Source: Pecten maximus (Eukaryota). Taken from it: a DNA stretch of 64,000 nucleotides. This document shows positions 13,670-28,900 of this stretch, in pieces. Position numbers and translations under genes: made by a program. The stretch's first letter is position 1. Every line of letters starts with the position of its first letter. The DNA lies in assembly GCF_902652985.1 (NCBI RefSeq), contig NC_047022.1:16926001-16990000 (forward strand). The letters run 5' to 3'. Below the pieces are notes generated by a model. The model ran no database searches. It worked only from the letters and a program-made list of their open reading frames with translations, and was not told the origin of the DNA.

Positions 13670-15620
13670 GTTTAAACTTTATCTTATTCAATAATACATG
13701 GCAATATAATATATACAATATGGTTTTAAAAAGGATTCAGAAACAAGTAGTAAGTACTTATGTAAACCTGTCTCCTTGTAGACATACATTAGCTATGGAA
13801 CAGTACTGACAATACTTAATGCTATTTGGATATATATCATTGAATATTTAATTACATTTTTAACATGTGCATGGAAAATAAAGAGAAAGGGTGCAGGGGA
13901 TTGAAAGGGGCTAGGGATAATGCTTACGGTGAAGGTAGGACAAGCGCAGATTTATTCATCGAATTCCGTATATGAAGAGAGGGCATTGGGTCTGTGCATA
14001 TTGTATGAAGTTACTAATTATTAGTACATAAAAAAACATGATGTAATTTTGAATTTTTAGAAGCGTCTAGACTGACAGATGAAACTTTGTACACAATCAA
14101 AAATAATTTGGTTCATGTGATCTGGTATTTCTTGACTGCCATACAGTAAGATATTAACATTATAGTTGGGGAGTAGATGACTAAAACATTGCATTCTAAT
14201 TATATAAGCTGTTGATAGTTAGGACAATGGAGGAGAAAATGTTCAGTAGTTTCAGAAGACAATTTACATGAACAAAGAGGACTATCAACTAAATTTCGTC
14301 TGAACAGGTGATCGTTTAAAGAGCTGCAGTTCATTCGAAGCCTTGCATGATGATTTTGGCCATGTCTGCTATTGTAGTAGTAATAGTGTTTAGGGACTGA
14401 GTGAGTGTCGGTATTTAAGAATGCTTTAAGGTTGGTAATTGAGGGACTATATTTTATGTCGTCGGGGAGTGAATTCCAGAAGTCGACAGAGGAGGGTAGG
14501 AAAGAGTCTTTATATAGTTCGGCTCTTAACTTGACAGAAATCATTAGCTCTTCTTGTGTTGTACGTATGTATATTTAAACGGCGAGCAGACAGAGTGTTA
14601 GTAAGATATGAAGGACAAAGACCATGAATAATCTTATGAAATTGAATAATTTTGTGTTTTCTTCTTCGGACGACAAGGGGGTCCCAACCGGTTTCTATAT
14701 ATAATGTATTGTGACTTGTGAGCTTGGTTGCCAGTGACTATTCTGACTGCTTCAAGCTGTATATTTTCTAACATCTGACTTAATTTGGTCTTAAGATATA
14801 TTATCCCATATGATGTCTCCGTATTCAAGTAATGGTCTTATAAAAGTAAAATGAATTTGGAGAGACTTCCTATCAATGATGAATTTAAGATTCCTAATCA
14901 CAGTAAGTTTATAAGAGGATTTACCAATAGTGTATTGTATATGGTCAGTCCAACTTCCGTTAGATGAGAAAGACACACCGAAGTGTTTGTGGCACGTGAC
15001 TTCTGTTAAGGATGTGTTTTTCATAAGTAGGGGAGGATGGAAAGTTTTACGGAGTTTTTTTGCTAACGGTCATTGTAACAAGCTATTTATTAGACCAATC
15101 GTGAATTTTCGAAAGATTATTATTTAACAGGTTTGCGGTCAAGCCCGGTGAATCCACTTCGACATATAGAGATGTATCGTCGGCAAAAAGCTTATTGGTG
15201 CAATTAGTGTCATGAACAATATCATTTATGAATATCAAGAATAAAAGTGGCCATATAATCGATCCCTGTGGAACTCCTGCTGATATATATGTAAGTAATC
15301 ATAAAACCAGCTAAGCAGATTTCCTGTGATGCCGAAAGATTTTAATTTGGAAAGAAGGCCTCGATGCCATACCCGGTCAAAAGCTTTGCTGATATCACAG
15401 AAGACCATCTGGACTTCTTTACCTTTATCCAGAGCAGAGAAAATATCATTAGAAATAGATACAAGCTGGTTGATAGTGGAATCACCGGATCTGAAACCAG
15501 ATTGAAAGGGTGTTAATAAAGATTTGTCAGTAAGGTAGTTGTACATGTATTATATACACAACGTTCACAGTGCGAGAATATGATGAGTGAAATATCCATC
15601 TTGTAAATAAGAAGCTGAGT
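13670..15620 (-). mobile_element. 5'-truncated, frameshifted CR1-type LINE (RT domain to 3' UTR)
   Basis: Fragments FQSGFRSGDSTINQL, FCDISKAFDRVWH, GVPQGS, LFADDT, IRPLLEYGDIIWDN, SFLPSSVDFWNSLP, C-terminal CSC..ETTEHFLLHCP. Several frameshifts. Confidence 0.9.
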
Positions 15621-15649
15621 CTTGGATCGGGTAAGGGACTGGTGACGTT

Positions 15650-15693
<44 letters not shown>

Positions 15694-18600
15694 GGGAACA
15701 CATTTTATTAAGTCGTTGTGGTTTGCATGATAATTAACAAATCTGGGCTAATATTGCCTGCAAAAAAACAAAACAAAAAATAAATAAATAAATGAATACC
15801 AGGTAGTAATTTTATTAGTTGAACAATAATGGGCAAATTTTATTAATAATGTACAAGTTTATTCATAATCACCAAAAAGTATATTGATCAAGTGACGTGA
15901 TTCTAACAAATAATAAGATAATAGACTAGTACAACAACGTAATCACTTGCAAGTTGCAGCGTTGTAAAATACTTATTTTTAAAGGTATTAGAAATAGCAT
16001 GAGCTCTAATTTGTTTTTAATATGCAAAATACCAAAGAGAACGGATACTGATCAAAAGATCTGTGAAAACTGTATGAATGTCAAGCAAACGCCAATTACA
16101 ATACCTTGACTTGACCCTCCATTTCTTTTTATATGAATCATTTGATGTAATTCAGTTGAGGAATAGCTATACATAATTACAGTAGCCCAATTATTAGACA
16201 ATATTGTAGAGTATGTGCGGGTACAATAAAAAATATTACTTAAATTCTACAAAGAGAACTGTTACAAATTAATTGAATAACAAGCTGTTATCAATAATAT
16301 AATTTGATTAGAGATAACCTTAAAGTTTCGGAGACAGACTGGGATCCCCATCCCAGCTGGTCAAAATAAGTACATCTTTTGTACTATCATATGACCTGCT
16401 GCCAATGAATTCTTTGTCATTGATAGGCTAAGAAAATCAAAACATACTAGGATTACATGCAATACTCAGTAGGAACAGTTATAGATATAATACTACTTAC
16501 ATACGATTTCAGCCAACAACAATAGATACACTGATAAATGAAACATTTCGTCACAGTTTGCACGACAGAACATTAAAGCATGAAAAACAGTATTACCATA
16601 AAGTAAGCGAATGATAATAAACCAGTACACGTAATTTCATATTTCTCTTAGTTAAACAGTATTTCATTTCTTCATTCATTTGCTTTGTAAATATACATGG
16701 CCACGTTTTGAATGCTGGTTCAGTTCTCTGATGACATAACATCTATAAATTTAAACATATAAGGTCTAACATAATATTTTCTTTACAAAAACAAATTGAC
16801 CTAATTTCTGAGTATAAGGGACATTCCATAAGAAAATGATATTCGTTTTCAATTTAAGTACAAAAATTACAATAACACATTTCCGGAGGTATTGGAAACG
16901 GGCGATGTCATCTTCCCGCTTCTATATTCAATCTATGAGAAGACACCCGAAACGTTGTTATTTTTTTTTTTTTTTTTGATATTTACAATCATTCATTTAA
17001 GAAATTCATTTAAGAAAAGTATATAACATCTGGCTCGTGGCGAGTCTTGAATAAATATGTCTCGTACCCTTGATTGGAATAATGATAAAAATACATCAAT
17101 ATCTTCAACTCTTTGTTTAAGCCAAACATAACCAAAACCATGAGCACATTATATGTTCTTCACCCGTTTAACCCATTTTATGGTACGAGAAGAAAATCGT
17201 CAATATATGCGTGTTAATTGGCATAATCTTAATTGGATGATTGTGTGTCAAGTCCTAGAAATAGGTCACTGCGATCTATCTTGGACCGTGACGGAATTGA
17301 CCGAATGTGAGGTGGTCAACAAGAGGGCCATCAATTGCTGACCCATGTCTTGTCAAAGTTGAGATATTACATCTCTTTGCATCTGGTAAATATTTAAAGA
17401 AACAAAAAAGCAAAAATCAAACAAAATCAAACAAACAAAACATATTAGCCCCTACCCCTTCTTATAAGAACAGGGGCTATTCCATAAAATAAGAGTAATG
17501 TAAGATGTGTTAATGAAAACTATGTAAATGCCGATAACACAACGTTTCATTATTTTCAAACAAAACGTTCTACGTGGTCCTCTCACGTTTCACTTAATAT
17601 TTATACAAGCTTATTTGTACATATAGATGCTAATTAGTATTGAAAATGAGCCTGGTTCCAGTTCAGTTAAATCTTTTATTTCGAGTTACAAATGTATATC
17701 AACATGTTTTAAAACACACGGAATGAATGGTATATGCATAATAAAAATTTAATTAAAAAAAAAATTCCACTACAAACCACACATATTGCAGGATTAAAAT
17801 AACATTCGATCTATATTGAGTGTATTGATAACCCCTAGGCATCAAGATTTTAGGCCCTTGACATCCCCGACAAAGCCTAGAAAGACGAAATGACTGTATA
17901 TTGTAGTTTAATTCATTTCTAGCTTTACTGTATTTAACTCTTAATTTGCATTGAAAGGTACGATTATTTGGTGTCATTTGTACAATCCTTTGTTTAGATT
18001 TAAGTAACACTTGTAAGTCTTTGCAGCAAGGAAACACACACACAAAAGGAAAATAATGATAACAATAAATGAATGAAAAATGCAAAGATAAAAAGCTTTG
18101 CTATAGTTATAAAATAACTCAAAACCTGAGATACAGTATATTCTGCACGAACAGCCATGCAATGAAACACCCACACCACCCGATTCCTTGGTGTATCGTT
18201 TGAAGAGACAACCAACACTATCTTTATCAGTTTAGCAGGCATGGGCGGGCGCTTCGTTTTGGAATTTCATTCCTCTATGTACGAGCTGTACATACATTTA
18301 TTAAGGATGTCGGAGGCTTTGCTCTTTTTCCTCGAACTATTATAAATATATCATAGGATGAAATCATTAACATATATAAATAAAACAACTTTTTGACCCA
18401 CACGGAACAATGTCGTGGTTCCATTAATTAGTAAGTTCACATTTGATAAGTGAAAAATACATTACAGGACCGTTTCATACGAAACAAAGAATTGTGTTGA
18501 TAAAGTTATGATACATCTGATATGAACTACCCGGCTCTCGGAGGAGGTACACACATAAAATGCCCATATATTTTACTTCTAAAAATCATTCTATTGTTAT

Positions 18601-19200
18601 ACCGACTTGTTAATCTCTATTACACATCCTCACACTCATATCTTCTCGCATACCTTTCACCTATTGTTTAAAGTGTTTGCTTTTTGGGTGATGTACCTTT
18701 TGATATGTATGTTGCCCCATATCGCAATTATGTCTTTTTCAACCAAGGGAAATACAATTATAAATATCTTACAACTTTGCAGATAATGTTGGTTACATCT
18801 CACATGTTAGAAATGCAATGAGATAGAATATACCCCATGACCAAAACATGCTTTAGTTATATGCCATCACCCAACGATATAATGAAAACGTGTGAAAAAA
18901 TTGCAAATATCACAAACTAAGCTTGATAAAACTCTGTGTTCTCCCTTACAAACAAACAGGGAAACTATGTCAAGCGAAATGCTATAACTAATAGCCATTA
19001 TACTGTCAGTCTATGCAAAAATATGTCCATGTTAGTGATAAATCATTTAGGAGCAGACCCGACACATTCGTGTAGTGCATAACTTTAGATGACGGCGGCC
19101 ACGACAGATGTTACGGCTGCTGTTAATAATGATGAAGATAATAATGCCATAACGACGACGATGACGGCAGACACTGTTACTGCTGCTGCTGCTGCTGCTG

Positions 19201-19206
19201 TTTATT
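19201..19206 (-). promoter_or_regulatory. Candidate polyadenylation signal of the NWD gene
   Basis: AATAAA on the minus strand about 80 nt past the stop codon. Confidence 0.4.
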
Positions 19207-19288
19207 ATAAAATAATGGTGACGACAACATGACGATGATTATGTTTGGAGTTAAAAGTGTTCCGGACAAAACGACTTTTTTTTGTAAT

Positions 19289-19936
19289 TCAATAATCCGT
19301 ATCCTCGTCGGTGTCCGGATCGTTCGTCGCATACTGTTGGTCAGCGTCGGTCACAAGATCAAGCTTTGCCTTTGTTACTTTAACAACATAGAAAATAAAC
19401 ATCTTTTACATTTTTCTTTTACATGTATGACTCTTACCAAATTAAACACACTAAAACAATTAACACACTAAACCAATTGATATTGCATGTAACTGAATCA
19501 AATTCGCTTGATAGGCATCTCAGAAAAAAGTTCCGTTTATAAATTATAATGCTTTGCAAACGTAGTTATTGAAATAAATCGATTGGAATGCTGTCGTTCA
19601 TATATTTATTTTACAAAAACAGAACTTGTTAGGTTTTCACACATGTATGATCCCTCCAATTGCTTTGAAATGTTATTATTTAAGTTTACATGCCATGCTG
19701 GTGAATTTGTTAATCAACAGGTTTTGAAGCAAGCTTGGTATAGTTTACCTGTTCCTTTAAACAACTCGTTGCCAATCACCCCATTTACAGGATTACCGTC
19801 CCCTTTAAGTCGCCATTGCACTAGACGGGCAGTTGGACTTTTCGTTGATGTAATGATATACTTGCTATCTGCGCTCATTCGACAAGCAACAACCTAAAAA
19901 TGTAATTGACAATCAAAGATTACATGTATTGTTTTT

Positions 19937-19988
<52 letters not shown>

Positions 19989-22900
19989 TAAAATACCGTC
20001 GAGACAAAGTTAAAGCAATAACCCTCGTCACTCTACCACAATGCCGACTACAAAATGATTCCATGAGTAAAATATTGAAAAAAAAAAATACTGTTAAGCA
20101 CTCCATTTTAGCTTGTGTAAAGATACAATACATGCCATACAGTGACAGTTGAAATGATACAAACCGCTAAAGTTTAAGAAGAAATCATTTATGTTGGAGG
20201 CTATGTATTCTTGAAAAAAAAAAAAGGAAAATGGATTTCCTTAATTTAAAGAACAGGGAGGAAACTGGGACTGCAGTGAAATAATATTAATTCTTACAAA
20301 CAAGGAGTAGGGGTAACAAATGGGGTATACCTGAGTGGAATCGAGACTATGTCATTCAATTGTGTGATATCACCGACGAAGTATGTTTACCCCAAAGTTC
20401 AAAAGAAAAAAGAAAACAGAAACGGAATTTGCCTCAGAATGGCCGCATGTAACTTATAATTATCCCCAGAGCCTCAACGGGGACATGAAAGTTGCAAGCA
20501 ATAGGGAGTATATGCCTTTCCTTACCGTATTTTCCATTCGGAAGCTTGCTAGACATCTCAGTGTCGACTTTTCCCAAATTCTTATGGCATTTTCAGATCC
20601 ATACGAAAAGAAATAAGGACCCGATTCTTTTGCAAAAACATCGACGGAACTAGTATGTCCCTCCAACCGACTAATCATTTCACCTAGAAAGTATTAACGG
20701 ATATATAGTACGTAACTATAAACTATATTGTGTTTCCTTAATACTTTATCTGCAAATGCATTGTACACTAATCGATATACAGTGTAATCATAGTAAGTGT
20801 GCTATTTTTTTTTTAAATTTGTTTCTGTACCTAGTGGTTCCAGTGCCATCACTCAATTCCTGTTTTCAGGATGTAATTGAATCCCATATATACTTTACTT
20901 GCTCACTCTACGAAATACCTGGGTCTATTCTCCTACTTTTTCAATGACCTCCATGCTAATTTATATATGTGTATGCGTTTTAAAATAGTTTTAAATATCG
21001 ATTTTAAATTAGAGCCAATATTCCATTCTCATATTGGTAGTCACTGCCATTGTATTACCTGTTTTTCTGTCCCAAACTCTGAGGATGAAATCCTCGTGCG
21101 CAGTAAGTATTCTTTTGCCGTCAATCACGTGTATCTCGTCGACTGATACATCTAAGCCCTTCCTGTTGTCAATTTCATTGTAGCGTGCTTGGTATTCAGC
21201 ATCATCACATTGTGTGACCATTGCTCCTTTGTAGTCCGAAATGTAATGAAGATATCGATGCATAATTAAATTGAAAAAAGTGTATTACAGTCTTAAAATT
21301 AACAATATATTTTGATTTTATCAGTAAGCCCATTTTCATGGAAGTTCGACGTTTTATTAAGTGGTTTTTTTAAGTTAAGAAAAAAGTGTATGGAAATGTC
21401 TAAAGAAAATGCAAAACATCACAGAAGAGAAGAGTTTTAGACTACAAAGTTTGGTTTCCTTTTTAAAGGAATACACAAGGAATACACGATACACAAGTTA
21501 ACATTAAATTTTTCAGATGTCTCTTATCTAACGCTTTTAACAACTATGGAAAAGGGAATACCATGATTGTCACATGTAGCTTATGTGATGTGTATATGTT
21601 TGTGTATTCATAATAAACGACAAATGTATAACATGTATTTGTGTAATAATTTATACAAAGAGACGTAAATTGAATTCGTTGATATCCCTTTCCGTTAAAT
21701 AGTTGCCCCAATACAGACAAATACCATATCATTTGTATTTTTGACAAAGAAGTTTTGATGAAAACATTATTACCAGACGTTTCCAAACATCCACTTACCT
21801 TTTCCAATATCCCAAATGACAAATGACGCTGGTTTGTCCTTGGCTTTTTTATCTATACGTTGTATATTAGAATTGATACCAAAAATAAATAGCTGTCCGT
21901 CGTCGGACAGAGCTGCCTTCTTTGTTGGTATACCTTTGTATGGATGCTCAAGTGAAATAGAAGTGATACACTGCAAGCTTTTAATGTCAAACAAAAGCCA
22001 TGGACCATCCAATATTCGTCCTGCCAAAACAGTCCATCCCTTGTTTACCTTAAAATAAAGATGTCAAGAAGGAGGTATTGGCTAAAACAGGAATAGGTTA
22101 AATTAGCAATGGCTACAAGGGATTAGGTAAAATCTGTATTGACTTAATGGGATAACGATAAATAAGTGTTGATTAAAAAGGAAATGTTAGATTTGTATTG
22201 ACTAATAAGGATAATGTTAAATTAGTATTGACTAACAGGGAATAGGTTAAATCATCACTGAGTTAACGGGGCAAGGTTAGATAAGTATGGACTAAAAGTG
22301 GTAAGATTAAAACTAGCATTGCCAAAAAGGGATTATGTTCCATTAATATAGACTAAAAGCGATTAGGTTAAATTAGTATTGACTAACAAGGATAATGTAA
22401 GATTAGTATTGACTAACAAGGATAATGTTAGATTAGTATTGACTAACAAGGAGAATGTTAGATTAGTATTGACTAACAAGGATAATGTTAGATTAGTATT
22501 GACTAACAAGGAGAATGTTAGATTAGTATTGACTAACAAGGATAATGTTAGATTAGTATTGACTAACAAGGAGAATGTTTGATTAATATTGACTAACAAG
22601 GATAATGCTAGATTAGTATTGACTAACAAGGATAATGTTAGATTAGTATTGACTAACAAGGATAATGTTAGATTAGTATTGACTAACAAGGAGAATGTTA
22701 GATTAGTATTGACTAACAAGGATAATGTTTGATTAATATTGACTAACAAGGAGAATGTTAGATTAGTATTGACTAACAAGGATAATGTTAGATTAGTATT
22801 GACTAACAAGGAGAATGTTTGATTAATATTGACTAACAAGGATAATGCTAGATTAGTATTGACTAACAAGGATAATGTTAGATTAGTATTGACTAACAAG

Positions 22901-25900
22901 GATAATGTTAGATTAGTATTGACTAACAAGGAGAATGTTAGATTAGTATTGACTAACAAGGATAATGTTAGATTTTATTGACTAACAAGGAGAATGTTTG
23001 ATTAATATTGACTAACAAGGATAATGCTAGATTAGTATTGACTAACAGGGATAAGGTTAGACTGGCATTAAAATGGGCAAGGTTAAATAAGTATTCACTA
23101 AAAGGGGTAAGGTTGAATTAATGTTGACTGAAAGTGATAAGGTTAAACTAACATTGACAAAAAGGGATTAGGTTTAATTAGTATTGACGAAAAGGGATTA
23201 GGTTAGATTACTACGGAATAAAAGATGCAGGGTAAGAAATACTTTCCAACGTTAACAAACACCTACTAACTCATATATAAAATACTAAAGAAATGTGCTG
23301 AAGATAACTGTCGTCAATATTGAAAAGACAAAACTTGATTGGTTTGTCTGTTCTATTGGCACGCCAAAGATTACGAAAACGGATAACCATGTTATTCGAT
23401 CCTTTTCAATGTAAAGAGAAAGCCAAGGTCAAAGTAGAAGGCGAATAAGATATATTATTGCCTTTCCTAAGAAATAGAGAATTATATAAACATTTGATAA
23501 GAATAAATAAAGAACATTTCATTATTTCAATTAAATTTTGCAGAATTATTTAAAACTGACAGGGCAGCCATTTGAAATATTCTTAATATATTCTAAAGGT
23601 TTCGGAAGAGATATTTCGCTTTTTTGAAGAAAGAAATGTTAAAAGTTACATAGAACGTCTTCTCAAATCGGTTGTTGTTGTCTTTTTTAACGAAACTAGG
23701 TCTTGGGATGATCGCTTTTGTCTTTCCGGTTCTGGTGTCGTATCTCTTAAACTGTTGTCGTCCTCGTGTATGAGTTAGTATCTCTGTAGAACCAAATCAT
23801 AGAGGCATAATATTTCTGTCAGTCAAAGAAAACTGAAGTATTTAAGTATGCGTAATTGACCGGTCTAAAAGTAAATAACAGGGTATAACGTAATATTCTA
23901 TAGTAAATTAAATATACTATTTGTGAAATTGAGAAAGACCCAAAGTAAAAATATCATTATGTTATACACTCCGATTGAAAAAAAAAATTTTTCTAATAAA
24001 TCATCAAAACATTGAAAGAAATATTTGTAATATCAGGTTGAAACGATTGAAAATAATACCTTCCAAGAAATTCAGTTAAATGTGAATCCTCGTTAATGAA
24101 CAGTGTTGTAAAATAGTCAGTATAATGTTATTACCTGACCCATCATGTTTGACATGGACATCTAAAGTGTAGCCGGAAAGGTCGCCTTCAAAGACTTTGT
24201 CTATAGTCATGCTGTCAATGTTGATTATCTTCATTTTCCGTGTTCTAGTGACGACAACTATACGTTTATCGTCTAGGACCTTAACCACTCCGAAAGGAAC
24301 GTCCTGAAAACATAATCATATCGTATATTTTAACATATGACACATTGTACAAAGAGATGCATATATAGATCCGGTTTTTGTTATCAAACATATCATATTT
24401 TCTAATCTAATGTATGTAGATGGTATGGCTGGTGCTTGGCTGTTACTGCAAGGTGATTTGAAAGAGTCATGTCATAGAAATATCAAAACTTGGATCAATT
24501 ACTATATCGCTTCATCTGACCAAATTTGTCATTATCGACAACTTAAAAGCTCAAGTCCGTCCTTCCTGTAATAATTATCTGCTTACATGACGAAATCATA
24601 AGCTTCTTGAAAATTCACCATATTTGGTAGAAGCAGGGATAGACGATGATCATGTATCCATGCTTCATAATGCTTTTAGGGATAAATTTAAATTCATGAG
24701 CGGATGACAAAAATGTAGAACAATTTTGACAATATACAATTATTGATCCATTATGAAGTGAATACGATGATTCATCGACCTGCTCTTGTAATTTAGAGTT
24801 GACATCGTGGTTGAGCAAAGTGAAAATGTTAAACAAAGGTATGCAATAAAATATCTAAAGAAACAGAACACAATGTTTTACAATAATAGTTTAACGTACA
24901 TTGTAAGAGCAAAGTAGCTTATTAAACAACCAAGTTATTCAAGTATTACTAACCAACGGAATATGACGGACAACTGTTTTTGTCTGGACATCATACACCT
25001 GTAGGCTACAGCAATCATCATCTGTCCGGTTTGTCTGGGCTAGTACCAGTACATAGCGAGCATTGTTGTTTAGCGGAAGAAAGTGTCTAGTAACGGATAA
25101 AAAACATCGTTAGGTTTGAAACAAAATGGTAACAAAATTCAGATTAAGTACGAACTGAAGTATCATTCTGTTACGGTATTATTCCAAAAAGAAAATATTT
25201 TCCCTCCTTGCACAGCTTTGAATTTGCGCAATATTGCTGTGACCTTCTCTTAGCGGAGCGTATATTTCTCTGAAAAAAATGGACAGTTTGGGTTTGATAA
25301 GCATTACTCCAAATCCAACAACCTGATCCGATCTTTTTTTTAAGAAACACTGATCTCAGGCACTGAAAATGCTTGGTACATTGTTGAAATCGTCAGTGTA
25401 GCTAGTTTTCCACGAAAAATTCACAAGATCATTTGAAGGTAAATTGACTTAAAGGCAAGACAACTAATTTGGTTTTCATTGTAGGCAACAAAAATAATGA
25501 TTTACATTGCACTCCGTCAACACGTTCTTCCTTGTTTTCTTTCAAGGATGAAATTAATATTATTTAAACTTTATTTAAATGTTTAACGAAATTAGTCAAT
25601 AGCTATGATGACAGTCGTCACAGGTTGGCAGTTTTAAGTTTTATAGTTTACCTTACTTTGTGTCCCAAAACCGGACTTTGGTTCTTCTTCTCTTTCTCGT
25701 CTTTTTCCAAATCCCATACACAAACCGTGGAGTCGTCATCAGCCACAGTTACCATGGTTTTCCACGACCAACACACTGCGCCACACAAATCACCCGAGTT
25801 GGTCAGGATACACGAACGCTGCTTCTTGGCGAGGTTCCACACAACAACGCCGCTAGTGTCTCCAGGAAAGTAAAGCAAATTCCCGCAATCTGCTATCCTA

Positions 25901-28900
25901 TAATTTCGAGCGTAGTCCGATTGGAACCCTAAAATGATGTAAAATGTAGTCACTCAACGATGGCATTATGAGTAAAATTGCATCGTTTTCGGTTTAATAG
26001 AAATTTTCATAGGCTCAACATTAAATGAGAATACTATATTCTGTACCTTTTATTGATTGAAGCTTCTCTCGCGTCAACAAGTCATAAATGTGGAGGTCAT
26101 TGTCACGAATGTTAGAGAGGATGAATTGTTTTTCATCTGGGGTGATTACTATCGCATCAATAGTGAGATCTGTTTGATGATGTCTTTTGCGATCGGGGTT
26201 GAACACCTCAAACCATTCACTCAAAGTGTGGTCTGAGAACCGAAAGACTGTGATGTAATGCTGGTCAGCGTCAGTTAGGACCACGTAGTTTTCAGATGCT
26301 GAAACAACATTACAAGTGACATTTTCTGTATCTCATTCGTATCATTCGATTTCAATATAACGATTGCAAATAAGAACAAGTAAGAGTAAGGAATAGGTGT
26401 TTTTTATTATATTATTCCATAGAAGGTTATAGTTTTACCTGCGATAGCTGAAGGCATATTTTCACAGAACTGTTTAGAGTAGTCAGAGTTTTCAAATTTC
26501 GCAACGCTTTCACCATTTTCCAAGTTGTAAACATGAACAGTCACATCACAGAAGAGGGCAAGTAAAGCTTTTCCTATTCCTCCAACAGCCGACTGACAGC
26601 CTATGCCTTCATTGATGGAGAAGACAACCTCGCCGGACTCGCGTAAAACAATGTAACTATTCTCATAATCTACAAGGATCATCTGATCATTGCAAACAAA
26701 CCGGACTCGAGATGGATCCTCGTCTATGCCATCATAAGACTTGTGTAATTTCCCTTCAACCAAGTCCCATGTCTTTACAGAGTTTTCATCGTCATCTGAA
26801 CCTGAAGAAGGCATAAATCATAAAACTATAAGTGTTTTTCTTTCAAATCATGACATGAAAGCAATCCTGATTCAATCCTCAACCCATTTAACCTATTTTG
26901 ACAGTATTATTTCTGTATTTGGTTTTTGCTTAGTTTTAAGAAGTCTCCAAAAAGCCGAATTAGTTGCAAATTTACCTGAAATATCATGTTAATATAGGCA
27001 GTGATAAAACTTCTGAATTCAGTTAAGATATGCATAAGTAATTAACTTCTACATAAATTAATAAACCGATAGACAACTACGTTGTTAACTAACTAATACA
27101 TGATTATATAGGATTATAGGTTGATGATTAAATAAGTTAACCGATATTTAAACATTTCAACCAGATTTGTAACCAAACTAATTTTAAGGAATGCATCGTG
27201 TCTGGAGTCTGATTCTCTTTCACTATGTCCGATCGGTATGTTTGCAATACTTATCGCATACTGAACGCCTTGTGAAGACGGCGTGGTCGGAAAAGTGTAT
27301 CTCTCAGAGAGATTTAGATTGCTATTTTAATAAAGAAGAACTGGCATAGTAATTTATCAGCATTTAATGACTGCCTGAAAGTTTTTAGTTTCTACTAAGA
27401 ACAGACCAGTATTCATCCTCGCAGGACATCACACATAATCCTTATTTGTAGGTTACATTGCTGTGATATATAATTTTAGTAGGTTTTCAGGAATTACTCA
27501 ATTACTATTCAACACGGCTGATTGGCTAAGGCAATAGTCTACAGGAGGACGTTCCGAGTCTTTACAGTCATAATACTACATACATTTTATATGAAACAAA
27601 GATTTCGGCTTCCGACTAATGCGTTTTGAAAGTAGTTATATCTACGACAGAGCTTACACGATACAGCTAGTTTGCCGTCATCTCTGATGTCCACTGATTT
27701 GACGGGACCACTGTGCCCAGTCATGCAGTAGACTAGCTGTCCACCAGGCTTCGTAAGGACTTCCTGGTCAGGTGAGAGGTAAGGCACACTGCATTGTTCA
27801 CACTGGCGCAGAAGATCGGCTGTGTGCTAAATAATAAAAAAAAATCCACAGAAGTACAGGTCCGCACGAAAGCAGATGAGAAACTTTATAAAAATACACG
27901 ATGTGATATGATGATGTGATTAGATGTGATAATGTTATATTGGTCATACCTCGTCCCCACATAGTCGGTCCATTAGTTGCGGTGCCAGCTGAAGTGGATC
28001 GTACAGTAATGCGCCCTGGGACATTTCGAGTGCCGCTCCCAAAACATCAAGTTCAAGATCATTTTGGAAGATTTTCCGGGCGATAGCAAAGTCGTCAAGA
28101 ATATGTCTTAAAAGCAAGTGTTGTATTTTAGCGTATTGGTATTAGAGTGAATTATTAGAATAGAGACTTCTTCTATACAAACACACATAACAGGTTATTC
28201 CTAGACCATCTCGTACAAGTTATTAAGATAATTGCAAGCACAATTCCGCTTCGGGTCACAGTGCTGACAGGAGCACACAACCGCCTTATCAAACGTTTGG
28301 CGATGCATGTCTCATTGTAACGGAAAGAGAAACGTGATGATGGTAACCACAGACGACATGTCAAATATCAGATGATTGTTTCTTTGAAAACTCAGAGCAT
28401 ATTTACTAAAAAAAGTCTACAATTCGCCCATAGCTGATAAAATGTAAATGACATATACATGTAATAAAGTATGCCTACCTGACAGATGTAGCTACAACTT
28501 TTGCCTGTAGGAATTCATAATTCATGAGACACTTTGTCTTGAGCTCAGTGGCATCGCCTTGCTTGATCATGTGATAAGGAGCATTATTCAGCCTTCGCAG
28601 GTTGTAAGAATCACCATTGATAAGAGGCTGACTTGCAACATGACGATCTTCCTCGCCACTTTTGTTCTGACCTACGTATGGTTTTTTTCTCTCTGTGAAT
28701 TCAAGTTTATACTTACACAAATGTAGTCATCGATACACCATAGAAACAAATATTGGATAAGTTAATGGCAAATGTAGAACAGCACGTGTTGAAAATGCAA
28801 TTTTATTATTTAAAAAAAGTTATTCAAGAAACTTATTCTTATGAAAATTAAAGAAAGATAATTTTACTTACCTTCGGCCCATTTACCATTGAAAAAATCC

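Noticed and set aside
13494-15695. Poly-G runs on both sides of the CR1 fragment as element termini
   Set aside because: They lie outside the LINE boundaries, have no TSD, and homopolymer G/C runs also occur elsewhere (about 56750-56800).
18900-19288. SECIS element that would make the NWD TGA a selenocysteine
   Set aside because: No convincing AUGA/AAR/GA stem-loop by eye, and an AATAAA lies about 80 nt after the stop. Needs SECISearch to exclude fully.
22363-22959. 198-aa ORF of LVNTNLTLSL repeats (and the opposite-strand ORF)
   Set aside because: Translation of a 30-bp intronic minisatellite. The flanking NWD exons join in phase without it.
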